Positions 48,701 through 61,100 of a stretch of DNA of 64,000 nt are shown here, piece after piece (position 1 is the first letter of the stretch; every line of letters begins with the position of its first letter). Origin of the DNA: Chrysomallon squamiferum (taxonomy: Eukaryota; Animalia; Mollusca); assembly GCA_012295275.1 (NCBI GenBank), contig CM022665.1, positions 9,176,001-9,240,000 on the forward strand. The letters run 5' to 3'. The position numbers and the translations under genes are program-made. The notes beneath the pieces are model-generated. The model searched no databases. It was not told the origin of the DNA and saw only the letters and a program-made list of their open reading frames with translations.

Positions 48701-51103
48701 AAAAAAAAAAAAAAAAATCAATTTTATAATACATAATTTAATAATTGTTTTCATAATTATTAGAAAAATCCTTGTTAATCAAATTTAGTACTATGATCCA
48801 GAAATCTGAATATTCCATTTACTGTGTGTTTTTTAGGTTAATTGCACATTTCCATTCAGTATGTCATTGACAGTTATTAGCAACAGTGTGAACTAATGAT
48901 GTACTAATAAAAATACAGGAAGTGTGTCATTTTGACAGATTTTTAATCATTCATAAAAATAAAATTGGTCTCAATTAATGTAATCAAGTTTTGATATATT
49001 TATTTAATTTAATCAACTTAGCTATATATATCTTTAAAACAGCTTTATTCATTTTCTTATTTGTTAAATTTACTTTGCATTAAAATATTTTTGTGTGGAT
49101 GTCATTGTTCAAAAAGATAATATTAACAGGTAAGAAAGATGTTAGAACATAGTAATTTTGTGGATACTTGGATTCATTTCTTTATTATTATTTTTACTTT
49201 GGAGGTGAATTGTTTTAAAATATGAATACTTTTATAACCTTGGTATCATATGATTTAAATTGTTAATTTAAAAACCTTTTGTATTCAGTTCCCAGCAAGA
49301 AAAAGGTTATATCATTTCATTGTGGGTAAGGTACAATTGAGATTTCCAGTCTAGAACTGTTCTCAGTTAATTACAGTGTAGTCTTTTATTTGAAAGATAA
49401 TTTATTAATAAGGTTCTTTTCAGAAACAGAATATTGCAAAGGCAACTCTGGCCCATTTTTAATCATTGTTATGTGAAAAAGAACAAATATTATTGATATA
49501 AGACTTCCATTTCAGTAGCTTTGGATTGACTGCAGCAGAGATGCTGATTTTTCTCTGTTGATTACAAGTGATCATTGTTTGTTTCTTCTGCACTAATCAT
49601 GTTGTATAATTGTATCAAAGCTCCAGCAAGGCAGCTTGCCAAGTCCTCTGCTTTGGCATCTCTATCAACCCTTGGTAAGTAAAACTTTGTCATTTATTAT
49701 CATTGTGGTGGATTGCCATGTTCAGCTGTATTGTTGGCAGTTGATTTATCACTGTTAAGGAGAAACAATCAAGAGTTTCTTAATGTATAGATTATTATTA
49801 TTTTTATCTTTGATGAGTAAAAATATTTCTTCTTTGATTATATACTCGATGTAAAACCCTAGCTGTTTAGGTATGCAGCAAATGCATAAAAGCTGATGTA
49901 CAAAACCAGGTGAATTTTAAGCTTGATTAATAATCTAGCTGGAAAGTAAAACATAAAAACTGAAAGTGACTCCCTTTAATGACATTATAATGGAAACCAT
50001 TCTGAGGCAGATTATGGAACAAGAAACTTCAAGTGCTTTGTATTTTAATAAATAACATTCCTTGTAATGCTTGATGTGATATTTTCAGATGCCCTGTTAT
50101 TTTGTGAAAACTACTCTGGTTTCTTCGTTTAACATGGCAATCCTTCATGGCCAGTTTAAATTTTAAGGCACATTCAGTATATACATGTTTTAAATCCTCT
50201 ACTTTTATTATTAATGTTGTGAATTTTCACCACCATTTAGGAGGAAGTTTTAAACGTAAATGAAAAAAGATGAGACGTTGAATGGTGTTCAGATCTTTTT
50301 TTTTTTTTTTTTTGGTCTTGCAGATCAGATCAAATATCAGTCTGTACTAAATTAAGTTTCATATAAGTTCTAAGTGACTTGCAGTAAATCATAAAATAAT
50401 ATAAAACAATTATTATTTTTTTCATGTTGTCCATCAGTTCTCTTTATTTTCTGATATTCCTTTGTGTTCCACACATTAGTGGAACGTTTTTCTATAAGTA
50501 ATAAAATATTTTTTTTTAATGAATAAAGATGTAATAGATTCATGACTTCAAACTTGTTGTTTTGGTTTATTTTTCTTGGTTTTTTTTTTCTTAATTGTAA
50601 GTAACCTCATTTAATATTGTAATTCTAGAACTGCACAAAGTGATCATTCATCAAATAAGCCTTTATTCTTATTTTTATTTTATTTTTTAAAGAGGCAATC
50701 GAACAAAAAATCAAATCATGGATTATTAATTTTATGCATAATAAACTGGAACTTGTAAGTGACAGTTTCTCTGAATAAAGATAACTATTGTCTAAGGAGG
50801 TTTTATCATGTCAGAGTGTTTCTTCAGGACTTGGTTATGAATCTGACAGTGAACGTTCTGGATCCAACAGCGACAATGATTCTGATGCAGATCTACAGGA
50901 AAGTATACGTCGCAAGAAAGAAGCATTTGAAAGGCAACACAGCAAAATATTTAGTGATGAGGAGGAATACAGTCCTCAAGGTAAGCATTTGTTTGAAACC
51001 ATCTGTTCATTAAATTATTAACTTTATTTACATGCTACAGATCAATGTTCAGATTTCTTTTTTTAAATTTGGCCTTTTCGAGTCTATTTTTTTTATATTT
51101 TAT

Positions 51104-51141
<38 letters not shown>

Positions 51142-52886
51142 TTTTTATTTTATTTTTTTAAATGGGATTATGTTTTCTTGCTTTTTAGCTGAAGCAGAGA
51201 AGCAGGCATCTGAATATTCAAAGAATCCTGTTTCTGACAAATATTCGAATCCATTTCATAATAAATATGATAAAATCCCTGGGTTAGATATGTTAAGTTC
51301 AAAAAAAGAGCATACAGATAAGCATAAAGAAATGGTTACTTCTAAATCTAGGACTAAAAAATCTGGTACTGAAAGTGATAGTGGGAGTTCTAGTGTAGAT
51401 TCGTCAAGTAGTTCTAGTGACTCAGAAAGTAGTTCAAGTTCTAGTTCTAGCAATAATTTGGGTTCAGATGATTCTGATTCTCAGTCAGAAGGGCGGAGAA
51501 ATTCAGTTTCTAGTAAAAAACAAACTCGTTTAAATGACGAGGAACATGATTCTCAGTCACATAAAATTTCTGAAAAAAACGTTAAGAGAGAAAAACAGAG
51601 AAAAGAGTTAAGGGTGGGTAGTCATAAAGAAAAGCAAAAAGATAGGGAATCACACAGATATGAATTAGAGGAATATGGCAAAAGTGATAGGAGAAAAAGT
51701 TTTAATAAAGATGCTGATATTGGGTATGTAAAAAGGATTGAAAGTCACAGACGTGGGCATGGAGATAATTATGGGGAGGATGAATCAAATAATAGTGACT
51801 GGAAAGAGAATGATCATTACAAGGATGAAAAGCATCATAGAAGCAGAAGTAGGTCAAAAAATCGTAGTGTGAGATCAGGTAGAAGCAAGGAAGAGTATAG
51901 GGTAAGAGATAAGTATAAAAGTCGAGAGTCAAAGGATAAATATGACGAATATAAAGATTATAAATACAAAACCAGAGACTTGTCTAGAGATAGGTATGAT
52001 GAACATAGGGAATATAAAAGTAAAAAGAGAGACTCATCAAGAGATAGGTATTCAGATTACGATCAGGATGCACCTAGACGAGAATCAGATCGAAGTAACA
52101 ACAGCAACAGATCAAAATCTCGAAAGAAGAGGAAACATTCCCGGTCCTCTTCATTAGATTATGATTATGAAAGACGGGAAAGACGAGGCCGAGATGATGA
52201 CAGTTATAAGCACTCCCATAGAGATGAACACAGAGGTGGTAAGAAGTCCAGTCGAAAACACAAGAGTAGATCATACTCAAGGTGGGATTCTCTTTTCTCT
52301 TTTATATATGAATTTGCAAATTTTCTGACAGATTGGATTTGATACATGAACTGTTTTGCATTTTTGACTTTATTTATTTTATTTTATTTCATTTTTTTTT
52401 TTTTTTTTTTTTTTTTGTAATGATATGTAGTGCTCTCAAGGAGTAAAATGAAGGTGAGTTAATTGCTCCCAAGAGTTTGAGCATAGGTGAGTAAAAAGCA
52501 AGATTTATTTTTCCTCATATCACCAGTCATTTTATTTCCTTGAGAGCTCTAATAAAGTTTTTATTATATATGTAAAATTTATAAGTAAATGAAGCAATTT
52601 AAAATTTAAAAAATAGCATTTCATTTTTAGAAATCATAATAAAAAATTTAAGATGTCAGGAAATTAAAAATACCTTACCTTATCTCTTTTTGCTTTTCTT
52701 ATTGTTTAAGTTTTCAAGATTTATATAAAATTATTTTATTTTAAGTCACTTTTTTTTTTTTTTTTTATTGTTATACATGCAAGTTCCATCTCTGTAGATC
52801 TAATCTGACAAAATGCTACAAATGCTCATGTAATTTTTTGCAAATGAGGTCATTTTTATTTCAGGTCACCTATACGAAGAAGATAG
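42694..52886 (+). CDS. PNISR: PNN-interacting serine/arginine-rich protein (PNISR/SFRS18) gene, 12 coding exons, one apparent frameshift near 46300
   Basis: Motifs VDWASLAKQWIAQRE, DAQKRKQLPAWIREGLEKMEREKQKK, KSRFDSDDE, MEILLEVTNQEI, KAPARQLAKSSALASL, then an RS/RD-rich C-terminus. Confidence 0.93.
44228..44419 (+). CDS. PNISR: PNISR exon
   Basis: cag|.DWASLAKQWIAQRE...PPPPP...HHEH G|gtacat. Confidence 0.92.
44728..44837 (+). CDS. PNISR: PNISR exon
   Basis: tag|.FRGPPPGVNNWTWNERPPWEPPQNNWGIHPPMGDAV|gtaagt. Confidence 0.85.
45139..45231 (+). CDS. PNISR: PNISR exon
   Basis: tag|RPPNFDFNQGPVPFSDSYDYNHGSEPFPYDQ|gtacct. Confidence 0.85.
45684..45837 (+). CDS. PNISR: PNISR exon
   Basis: cag|PGEPPPADFNSQFWG...ELDDSGL G|gtaggt. 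Confidence 0.85.
46196..46405 (+). CDS. PNISR: PNISR exon with a one-base excess (frameshift near 46297-46301)
   Basis: aag|.AQKRKQLPAWIREGLEKMEREKQKKEEKERLRQQ then, after a +1 shift, EEEARLKREQAEKE...LPKKSRF|gtaagt. Confidence 0.88.
46745..46876 (+). CDS. PNISR: PNISR exon
   Basis: cag|DSDDEDESP...KSEEEKQIEM|gtatgc. Confidence 0.9.
47024..47135 (+). CDS. PNISR: PNISR exon
   Basis: tag|MNKVRKWMMEILLEVTNQEIELVAKDVYYKARNQAAK G|gtaaat. Confidence 0.93.
49621..49674 (+). CDS. PNISR: PNISR exon
   Basis: aag|.PARQLAKSSALASLSTL G|gtaagt. Confidence 0.9.
50828..50980 (+). CDS. PNISR: PNISR exon
   Basis: cag|.LGYESDSE...DLQESIRRKKEAFERQ...SPQ G|gtaagc. Confidence 0.9.
51189..52281 (+). CDS. PNISR: PNISR large RS-domain exon
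   Basis: tag|.EAEKQ...; Ser-rich then RS/RD/K-rich, within ORF 51032..52342; donor AG|gtggga. Confidence 0.88.
52428..52551. mobile_element. Small MITE-like element with terminal inverted repeats of about 24 nt
   Basis: tagtgctctcaaggagtaaaatga ... tcattttatttccttgagagctcta (near-perfect reverse complements). Confidence 0.65.
52865..52886 (+). CDS. PNISR: PNISR probable last coding exon
   Basis: tttttatttcag|G TCA CCT ATA CGA AGA AGA TAG (..RSPIRRR*), phase 2 matches; AATAAA at 53135. Confidence 0.75.
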
Positions 52887-53688
52887 TGATATTCAAAATG
52901 GTGGTTGATAAAACAAGGGAGTCTTCTTCATTAGTTTGGTATTCCATGTGACCCAATCTGCTTGTTTTTATTATAGTTTGTACATTATATCTTTAACATT
53001 TGAAAATTTTGTTAAAAAACTAAATGATAATACAATTTTAACAACTTTTCCACAATGGTATTTAGTAAAGTTTATGTAACCAAATTTTAATGTGTGTTTT
53101 AGCTGTTTTTGGATATCAACTTATTCTCTGACAGAATAAAAAACTGTACAAAAACAAATCTGATATTATGTTGTACTTAAAGCATTATGAAACAAGTCTT
53201 TTTGTGTGTGTGTGTGTCAAAGTAAAAGTTTCTTCTTGAAAATATTTGTGATGCCAAAACAACAAGAATAGAAGTGCATTAAAAATAATAAGTCATAATA
53301 AATCTCGAAAAATAAGAAAGCTTTTGTAGTATTTATTTCAGATTACAAAATCACAGAAGAAAATGTTTCATACAATGTTTATCATGATTTGGATTACAGG
53401 TTAAAGAACACAAACTAATCATTGTAGAACAAAATGGAGAAGTGAAAAGGCAGTATTTATAATTTAAATTATACTCCCAACATACATGATCTTGTTGAAA
53501 ATATTTCTTTACATTACATCTGTCTTATGATTCTAGTATAAGAACAAATTTATATGTACAAACAAACCAAAAACGACATTTATACAACAAATGTCAGTTT
53601 AACATTTACTGCTTTGTAAATCATAACATTATTTTATCTGTAAATACAAATACTCATATTCCATTCTTAAATTTGGGTTTTTAAAAAA

Positions 53689-53721
<33 letters not shown>

Positions 53722-53765
53722 TACATCTTCAGGTCTAGTCATGTTCTGATTGTCATATTGTACAA

Positions 53766-53796
<31 letters not shown>

Positions 53797-53904
53797 AACT
53801 CCATGCATCTGCTGTAATGAGAAGATACAATTCCCCTTTGTAAAAATCCATGACTTTATTTCAGACATTAAATTGAAAAGATGTATTTGTTTTATTTTAT
53901 TTTG

Positions 53905-54140
53905 ACAAATATAAAAATGAAAATTATTACAAACAGCATTTGAATGGCATTAAAATGCCTATTTTGTCTTTATATTTCATAATCTGGAGTTGCAGTATCT
54001 TTTTATTTATTTCCTACAAAGTTTTAAAAAATGCAAATCATGATCTTAATTGAAAGGATGTACTATATATATATATATATATATAAATATATATTTTAAC
54101 AAATTTAAAAATGAAAATTATTACAAACAGCATTTAAATG
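53905..54140. repeat. 42-nt direct repeat pair (53905-53946 and 54099-54140) in the probable SCAF 3' UTR
   Basis: acaaat(a/t)taaaaatgaaaattattacaaacagcattt(g/a)aatg, 2 mismatches. Confidence 0.8.
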
Positions 54141-55981
54141 TCACATAGAATTCTGAAGTAATGTCTCTTCAGATGTTTCTTTGTAATTTTTGGCAGTAGC
54201 CACCTGTGTGCACAATTCTTTTTCAGAGATTGCTACTTTTCCAGCCTTCTTTCAATAAAATTAAATTAATTACTTGGAATGGCAGCAAACTAATGCTATC
54301 AGCTATCTATTCTTTAGACTTCAGTTATTCTTATTTCCCCATTTCCATCCAGATGCAACTTACCTGTTGAAGCAAATGAATTTCAATACACATCCAGATC
54401 TTTGCACACCCATATATTCACATTACTGAAGACTACTAAAATTATCACGATTCATTTAAACCTTATTTTATTTAAATATTTGCCTACTGCAATGCTCAAT
54501 ACTATTAAAATCCATTTTAAAATCAGTGTTTTTATTATTTTAGTGTTGTTTTTAATTTTAAAAAAGTGCATTAGTAAAATTCATAAAAAATTCAACAATT
54601 TATTTACCCACATGATAATGTCAATATAATCCAACTGCCCACGTATTTGAATTGCATGGACAATTTACTTTTTTTTTTTTTTTTTAAATTACCACCATGC
54701 AATAAAAGCACACACACATACATACTAAGATTTACTGTATACAAGTTTTGTTGTTCCTCAACAAAACATTTTGTTACAAGAAATTGATGAATGACAAGTC
54801 TTACTGATCACAGAAATGACAATTTTTTAAGTGTTACAAGCAGTCCATTCAGAAATCAGTTCATAAAATGATAATTTTGATTTCACAATTGTTAAAAAAC
54901 TGGAAAAAAAACCCAACCTTTCAAGGCCAATAAAATAAAATTACATAAATAATTATGTCTTCAGTATGGGATACAAGGAATAAATAAATGATGCAAAATT
55001 ATCTTTGTATCACCCACCCCCCCATTACACGTTTATGAACAGTTTCATAAAAATTAAAGTATGAAGTGATATGATCAGACATGGTTATTCTGATAAATTT
55101 TGCAGCCTTGAATGTTTATTATCGATTGTTTGAAATGAAGTATCTCTGTGGGAATACTGTTAACACTTTAAAGATACACTGTCAGTGCACTTGTTAACAT
55201 AACATTCATAATAAATAAAGATTAACATGTATCTTTTCATCATACACAATACATTTTTCTCAACAGCAGTACAAAGAAGAAATGTCCTTTTCTTTTATTA
55301 CTTACTGTGATGAAAAAAAGTCAACTTTTTGATAGAGATGGTGTTAAAAGCAACAAACACCATGATATTCCATATTGTTTACACACAGATACACCTGTGT
55401 GTGTGTGTCTTCATATAGGAAACTTAACAGTTTTTTGTTTCCTATTTTTAACAACTGTTCTGTAACAAGTTTTCTATCAATCAGTGACTTTTAGCAAGCC
55501 TATTATACTATCAATCTTCTATTTCAAGATAGAAGAAAAAGTATACATTTTAAAATGTATTGAGTCTAACAGCATAACCAAAAGTACATTTTATTTTTTA
55601 ACATTTCCTATATGATTACCAGAACATTATAGCACATTTATATAAATAGAAAAAATTCAATCAAAAAGATTGCCAGATCTAAATTCACTATTTGACTATT
55701 TCTTGTTGGATCAATTTTGGTCATCAGTATTTAGTTTTCTGAAAATAATAAAATGTAAGTTAGTACACCAAAAATTTGTAAATGTACATTTTATCACAAA
55801 AGCTGTGTCCAATACATGTTGTATCTTCTCATTTCAAGTTTCAGTAATTTTAATATTTGTTTTTGCAGTTTGGTTTTGGTTTGTCTTGTGTTAAAAATTT
55901 TCAGAGGAAAGAAAATGTCTTTACAATACATTCTTTACTAACACACATTTTCATAATAGACTTTTTAAAAAAGTGTAGATA

Positions 55982-58102
55982 TTAACTTTGCACAGTGCCC
56001 TCTGAATCTGCACTTAATTCAGATTGTTTCGCCACCATCTGCTCCAATTCTGCAGGAGCTATGTCATTAGTGTCAATGTTCTTATCTGGTCCATTCATTT
56101 CTGGTGGAACTATTTGGCTTGAAGTGTTACAATCACTATCATTTATAGATTTCATTTCTATTGATTCCTTGCATTCAGCTATTGATTTCACTTTTTCACC
56201 AACAGATTCAGTCACAGGTAAATTATTTTCTACATTATCCGCAGACTGATTAATGGTGCTGTGGTTGGAAGCATCGCTGCCATTTTTATTAACATTAATT
56301 TCACTACTGACAGTAGAATCATTTACTGGCTGAGATTTATTTTCTTCTGATGCAGTAACCTCAGTACTTGATATATTATTATCAGAACTATCAACTGCTA
56401 CTGATATGATTTCGGCTGATGCTGATGCTTCCACAGTGGATGTAGTGATGGAAGTGTCATTTTGTGTTGCAGGTTCATTTTCTATTTGTGAAGGTTCAAT
56501 AGTATTCGGCACCGATTTCGATTCTGAATTTGGGACAGAGACTTCCGCAGGGTTTAAATCAACTGTGGACTTTTCCAATAAATCAGATTCAGAGGCAGCT
56601 GGTCCATCACTCCACCTACTTTGTCTACCTGATCTATCACGGCTTTTAGTCACTTTGGGTTCTTGTACTCTGTCTGATTCTCTAGCTCTGTCTTTGTCTC
56701 TGTCATGTTCTCTGTTGCTGTCATGTCGTGATCGCCTATCTCTGTCTCGATCTCTGTCCCTGTCCCGTTCTCTGTCATAACTTCTGTCACTCCTTGGACT
56801 GCGTTCATATCTGTTGCTATCACGGAAGCCTTGATCTCTACCAAACCCTCTATCTCTGTCTTTCTCCCCTCTGTCTAAATCTCTTTCTCTGCGGAAGTCT
56901 CTGTCCCTGTCACGACCAAAGTCTCTGCTTCTTCCACGGCCAGTCCCAAATCTATATGGTGGATTGCCCATTCCTTCAAAGTCATCATCCATTCTATCAA
57001 AGTCCCTTCTTCCAAAGTTTTCAGGTGGGAGAGGATTATCAGATGGACCATGCCTATCAGGATCATTTGGATTCCAATGATCTGTTTCTATTTCCATCAG
57101 TGGACGTGGGCCACTGAAATGTTCACGGTCATCAATATCACCACGATTATAATTGGGAGCAGGCGATTCTTCCATAAATGGGCCTTCAACAGGTGGACCA
57201 TTTGGTCTGAAAGGAGGACGAGGACCTCTGAAGTTTTGTGGTCCACCTGGATGCCCTTGGGGTGAACCAAAATGTGGTGGAACTGATCCAAAGCCTGGTC
57301 TTAACCCTAATAATCCTGGCCTGTGCATACCAGGACCTGGTGCTCCTCTTGGCAAAAATGGTCTCATACTTTCAGGACCAGCTTGCATTAATGAGGTAGG
57401 TCCTTGTGGTCTGGCAGCACCAGACGTTCCAATCACAGTTTGTGGTACTGAAGATCTGAAATCCCCAGCAATCATCATTCTTGGTCTTTCTCCCATGTTC
57501 ATTTGCAGCATAGGCCGCATTGGTATCCCTATTCCATGTTGTTGTCCAACCAACACTGGACGAGTGACCTGACCTCGAATCATGGGACCTCCAGGCTGCA
57601 GCTGTATTGGTGCTGATGGCCTAGACATTGCAAAATTGGGAGGCTGACCAGCTGTTGTTTGTATTTCTGGATTAGACAATGATCTTTCATCTGTATCCTG
57701 AATATCCATGTTTTCATCTTCCTCATCTAATTCACCTTCAGCGGCTACAGCTCGAAGTGTACTTGGGGCAGGAATATTTTGTGATGTTGGAACAAACTGT
57801 GGTCTAAGTCCTGCTGGCATCATTCCTGGACCACCAACCATTGGTAACCGGATATTGGGAGGTGGCGGCATATTTGGATTAAAACCAGGATTAAAGCCTT
57901 GAAAGCGTGCCTGTGGAGGAATGCCAGGCTGGGCAACAATAGTAGCAGCTGCACTAGGAGGTTGTGGTTGTTGTCCTGAAGGAATTGATGTTGACAAAAT
58001 ACTCTGTATGGCTTGACTCAGTTGAGCACTTGCTGCTGACATTGTGAGTGGAGCTGACGATATTGCAGATGATACAGCCAATACTGATGATGGTGGAACA
58101 GG
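55982..58102 (-). CDS. SCAF8: SCAF4/8 last coding exon (2121 nt)
   Basis: tag|PVPPSSVLAVSS... in frame with ORF 55982..58081 to the stop. Confidence 0.93.
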   Translation of the reverse strand, partial: PVPPSSVLAVSSAISSAPLTMSAASAQLSQAIQSILSTSIPSGQQPQPPSAAATIVAQPGIPPQARFQGFNPGFNPNMPPPPNIRLPMVGGPGMMPAGLRPQFVPTSQNIPAPSTLRAVAAEGELDEEDENMDIQDTDERSLSNPEIQTTAGQPPNFAMSRPSAPIQLQPGGPMIRGQVTRPVLVGQQHGIGIPMRPMLQMNMGERPRMMIAGDFRSSVPQTVIGTSGAARPQGPTSLMQAGPESMRPFLPRGAPGPGMHRPGLLGLRPGFGSVPPHFGSPQGHPGGPQNFRGPRPPFRPNGPPVEGPFMEESPAPNYNRGDIDDREHFSGPRPLMEIETDHWNPNDPDRHGPSDNPLPPENFGRRDFDRMDDDFEGMGNPPYRFGTGRGRSRDFGRDRDRDFRRERDLDRGEKDRDRGFGRDQGFRDSNRYERSPRSDRSYDRERDRDRDRDRDRRSRHDSNREHDRDKDRARESDRVQEPKVTKSRDRSGRQSRWSDGPAASESDLLEKSTVDLNPAEVSVPNSESKSVPNTIEPSQIENEPATQNDTSITTSTVEASASAEIISVAVDSSDNNISSTEVTASEENKSQPVNDSTVSSEINVNKNGSDASNHSTINQSADNVENNLPVTESVGEKVKSIAECKESIEMKSINDSDCNTSSQIVPPEMNGPDKNIDTNDIAPAELEQMVAKQSELSADSEGTVQS

Positions 58103-61100
58103 CTAAAAACAAAACAGAACACTAAATTAAGACCATATCAAAAGGCTATTGTAATAACAAGATATAAAATTATTTAAGTGATTTTTTTCTTACAGTTTTA
58201 AGGAATATTTTTAAAAGATACTGACTTGTGAGGTAGGAGGAGCTCCGCCTATTGCTGTTAGTCCAGTCATTTGTGGAGGCATTCCTGGAGGAGGACCAGG
58301 TGGCATACGTATATGTTGTGGTGGCATACCAGGAGGCATTGGACCTGGCATCTGACCTGGCATTGGCATCATCATTGGTGGCATTACTCCCATCTGAGGC
58401 ATAACAGGGACAACACCTAAGAGGAAACATTTGCCAATTAATGTGAAACAAAATGTTGAAAAGACAACAAAAAAAAAAAAAAAAAAAAAAAATGGAAAAG
58501 AAGGAAAAACAACAGGTATACATAATTTTCTTTTATTTTTTGGATTATCTAATTACATTTTTTCAAAATAAATTCTTAACCTTCCAATTTTTCAATATGT
58601 TTATCAAATTAGGAGTACCAAATTTATCAATGTTTAGTAACAAATTTCTTTTTATAAAAATATAAATAATAATAAAAACAAAATAAACCAACCTGGCATT
58701 GGCCCAGCATACTGAGGCTGACCACCCATTGGCATTGGGACATTATTAGTCTGCTCAACTTGTGGAGTGGCATCATGGCTTTCTTCTTCTGACTGGCCAA
58801 ATTTCATCCCTAGAAATATTTATTTTGACAGATTAATTCCTTATTCATTGATTTTTGAAATAAATGTCCCTAATAAAACTGAATTTTTTTCCCATTTGAC
58901 AAAGCAAGAATAACATCAACTACCCTTGGAAACATTAATGAAGAACCTGAATTATCCTAAGTGTGTTTTATACTTGTTTTGTAAATCTATTCAAAAAGAA
59001 AAAATATGCAGGCTTATGTGTCTCAAACTGCTTCATAGATTAATTTATAACATTAGTAAGATGCACAATTTCAAACAAAATACCTTTCAAATGCTCAGGT
59101 AGCGTGTCCTCATCAATCATACCTCCACCACAAAGCTGATTAAGATCAGAAGGAAGTTTGCTCCATGGAATGTAAGTAACACCATGGTCTACATTCCACA
59201 TATCCTTATAATCTTGATTCTTCACCCCAATACCCTGTGCCCAAGATACCTGATTAAAAACAAAAGTAACATTTTTTTTTATAACCTCTGAATATATATA
59301 CTAAACACTGATATTATGGAAATTCACAAGGTAACAAAAACAAATAACAACATTCTTAACCAACTAGTACTGTTATAATTTTTTAAAAACCAATATGGAA
59401 AACAACATAATTACCATATATACTTGTGTACAAGGCGACCTTATGTATAAGTCAATGTGTATTTTAAGACCAAAAATTGCATCATTTTAGGTATTACTTG
59501 TGTATAAGTCGACTGTAGATTCCAGGCACCGTCACTATTTTTAGACCAGTGTGACAGTGCCACGAAGGCCTACATTGTACGCCTACTGTAACATAACTTG
59601 CACGAGCTGTAACTTGCACGAACATACCATAATAACGTAAATGCATGTATTACACGAGCTATAGCCTAAATGTATCATAAATAGTATCTCTTTAATGTAA
59701 TAGGTCTAACATGGAGACCTAACTTACCGTTATATTTAGCTGTTCTATGATTTACAAAATTTGTCGGTAGTGGATATTAATGATGATTGCAATATTATTT
59801 CACCAAATTCTTTACAATTAAACAAGTGAGTTTTGTTTATGAAATTAGGACCGATATTTAGTGCAATTTGGCAGAGAAGTCTGCATTCCTAGATCATTGC
59901 AAGACGCCGTACTGACTGTTTTCTCGCTTTAAAATGTATTTTTATGTCATTAAACAGAAGAATATCATGTTTTACATTCATATTTGGTTTTGTTATTTAA
60001 TTTTTCAAACATTTTTATACGATAAAATTATATTTTTGAAAAGCTGAAAGACCGCGATTATTTTAGATGCATCCCGTAGCAAAAAATAGTCAAAATGCGA
60101 CTCTTCAGCAACAGCTACAAAAGCATTACCTATGTATAAGTCGACCCCCAAAATATTACCTTAATATAGTCTCCCAAAAATTCGACTTATACACAAGTAT
60201 ATACGGTAACTGAAACTACTACTTAGTAAGATACTGTTTCTTTACTAACCTTCAGAATGTTCCCATTAATCCTGATTCCCCGGTCTAGTTTATCTCTTGC
60301 TTTATAAGCATCCTTTCTTCTCGCATAGTCAACATAAGCACATCCTCGTGGTGGAATTAACTGAAAAAGTTTAGTTTTTTTTAAATATTTCAAGTATATA
60401 TTTTTCAAATACTATATTTTTCACTGCTTCACTGTCAGTAAAATAAACAAAAAAACTAATTTTTTTTTTCACTTATATTTAGTCAGTGAATCAAACTTAC
60501 CAATACATTAAACAGAATAGTCATGCCTTTATAAATATGCCATTTAAAATAAACTTTTATCTAACTTTAATGTTCTTGAAATTTATGTGCTTTATATTCT
60601 TGTAGTCTGTTAATAGTACCATTACCTATTTTCAGCTGAAGATACATTCTTGATCTCAAAATATCAATTTTCATCATGGAATACATTTTTTAAAATTATT
60701 ATTTTTAAATGTTATGTAAAAGAAGTCTGAAAATTACTTACATTTACACTATTTACTGTGCCATATTTTTCTATTTCTGTTCGAATATCTTCTTCTGTTG
60801 TATGTTTAGTTAAGTGACCCAACCACAAAGTAGTGGTGCAAACTATACAGAAAATAAAAGATTATTAACACTATAAGCATAAATAAATTATTGTTATTTA
60901 CCATAGAAGTTTAAAAAATCTGATTAATAATGTAAATTGTCATTATCAGGTGCCTTAAATCCTTTTATTTTTAACATGTTATTCTAATGCAAAAGGCAAT
61001 AAATCTTTTTATAGATCTTAAGTTACAAAGCTGATGAATTTAAACATATAATAATCAGGAATAAAACAAGATAAACAAATTTTTAAAATATTTTGAGATT

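Noticed and set aside
42694-52886. PNISR as a pseudogene
   Set aside because: One indel only; all splice sites, phases and conserved motifs are intact.
55995-57902. Several overlapping + strand ORFs in the SCAF last exon
   Set aside because: Antisense frames of Pro/Gly/Arg-rich coding sequence with no independent signals.
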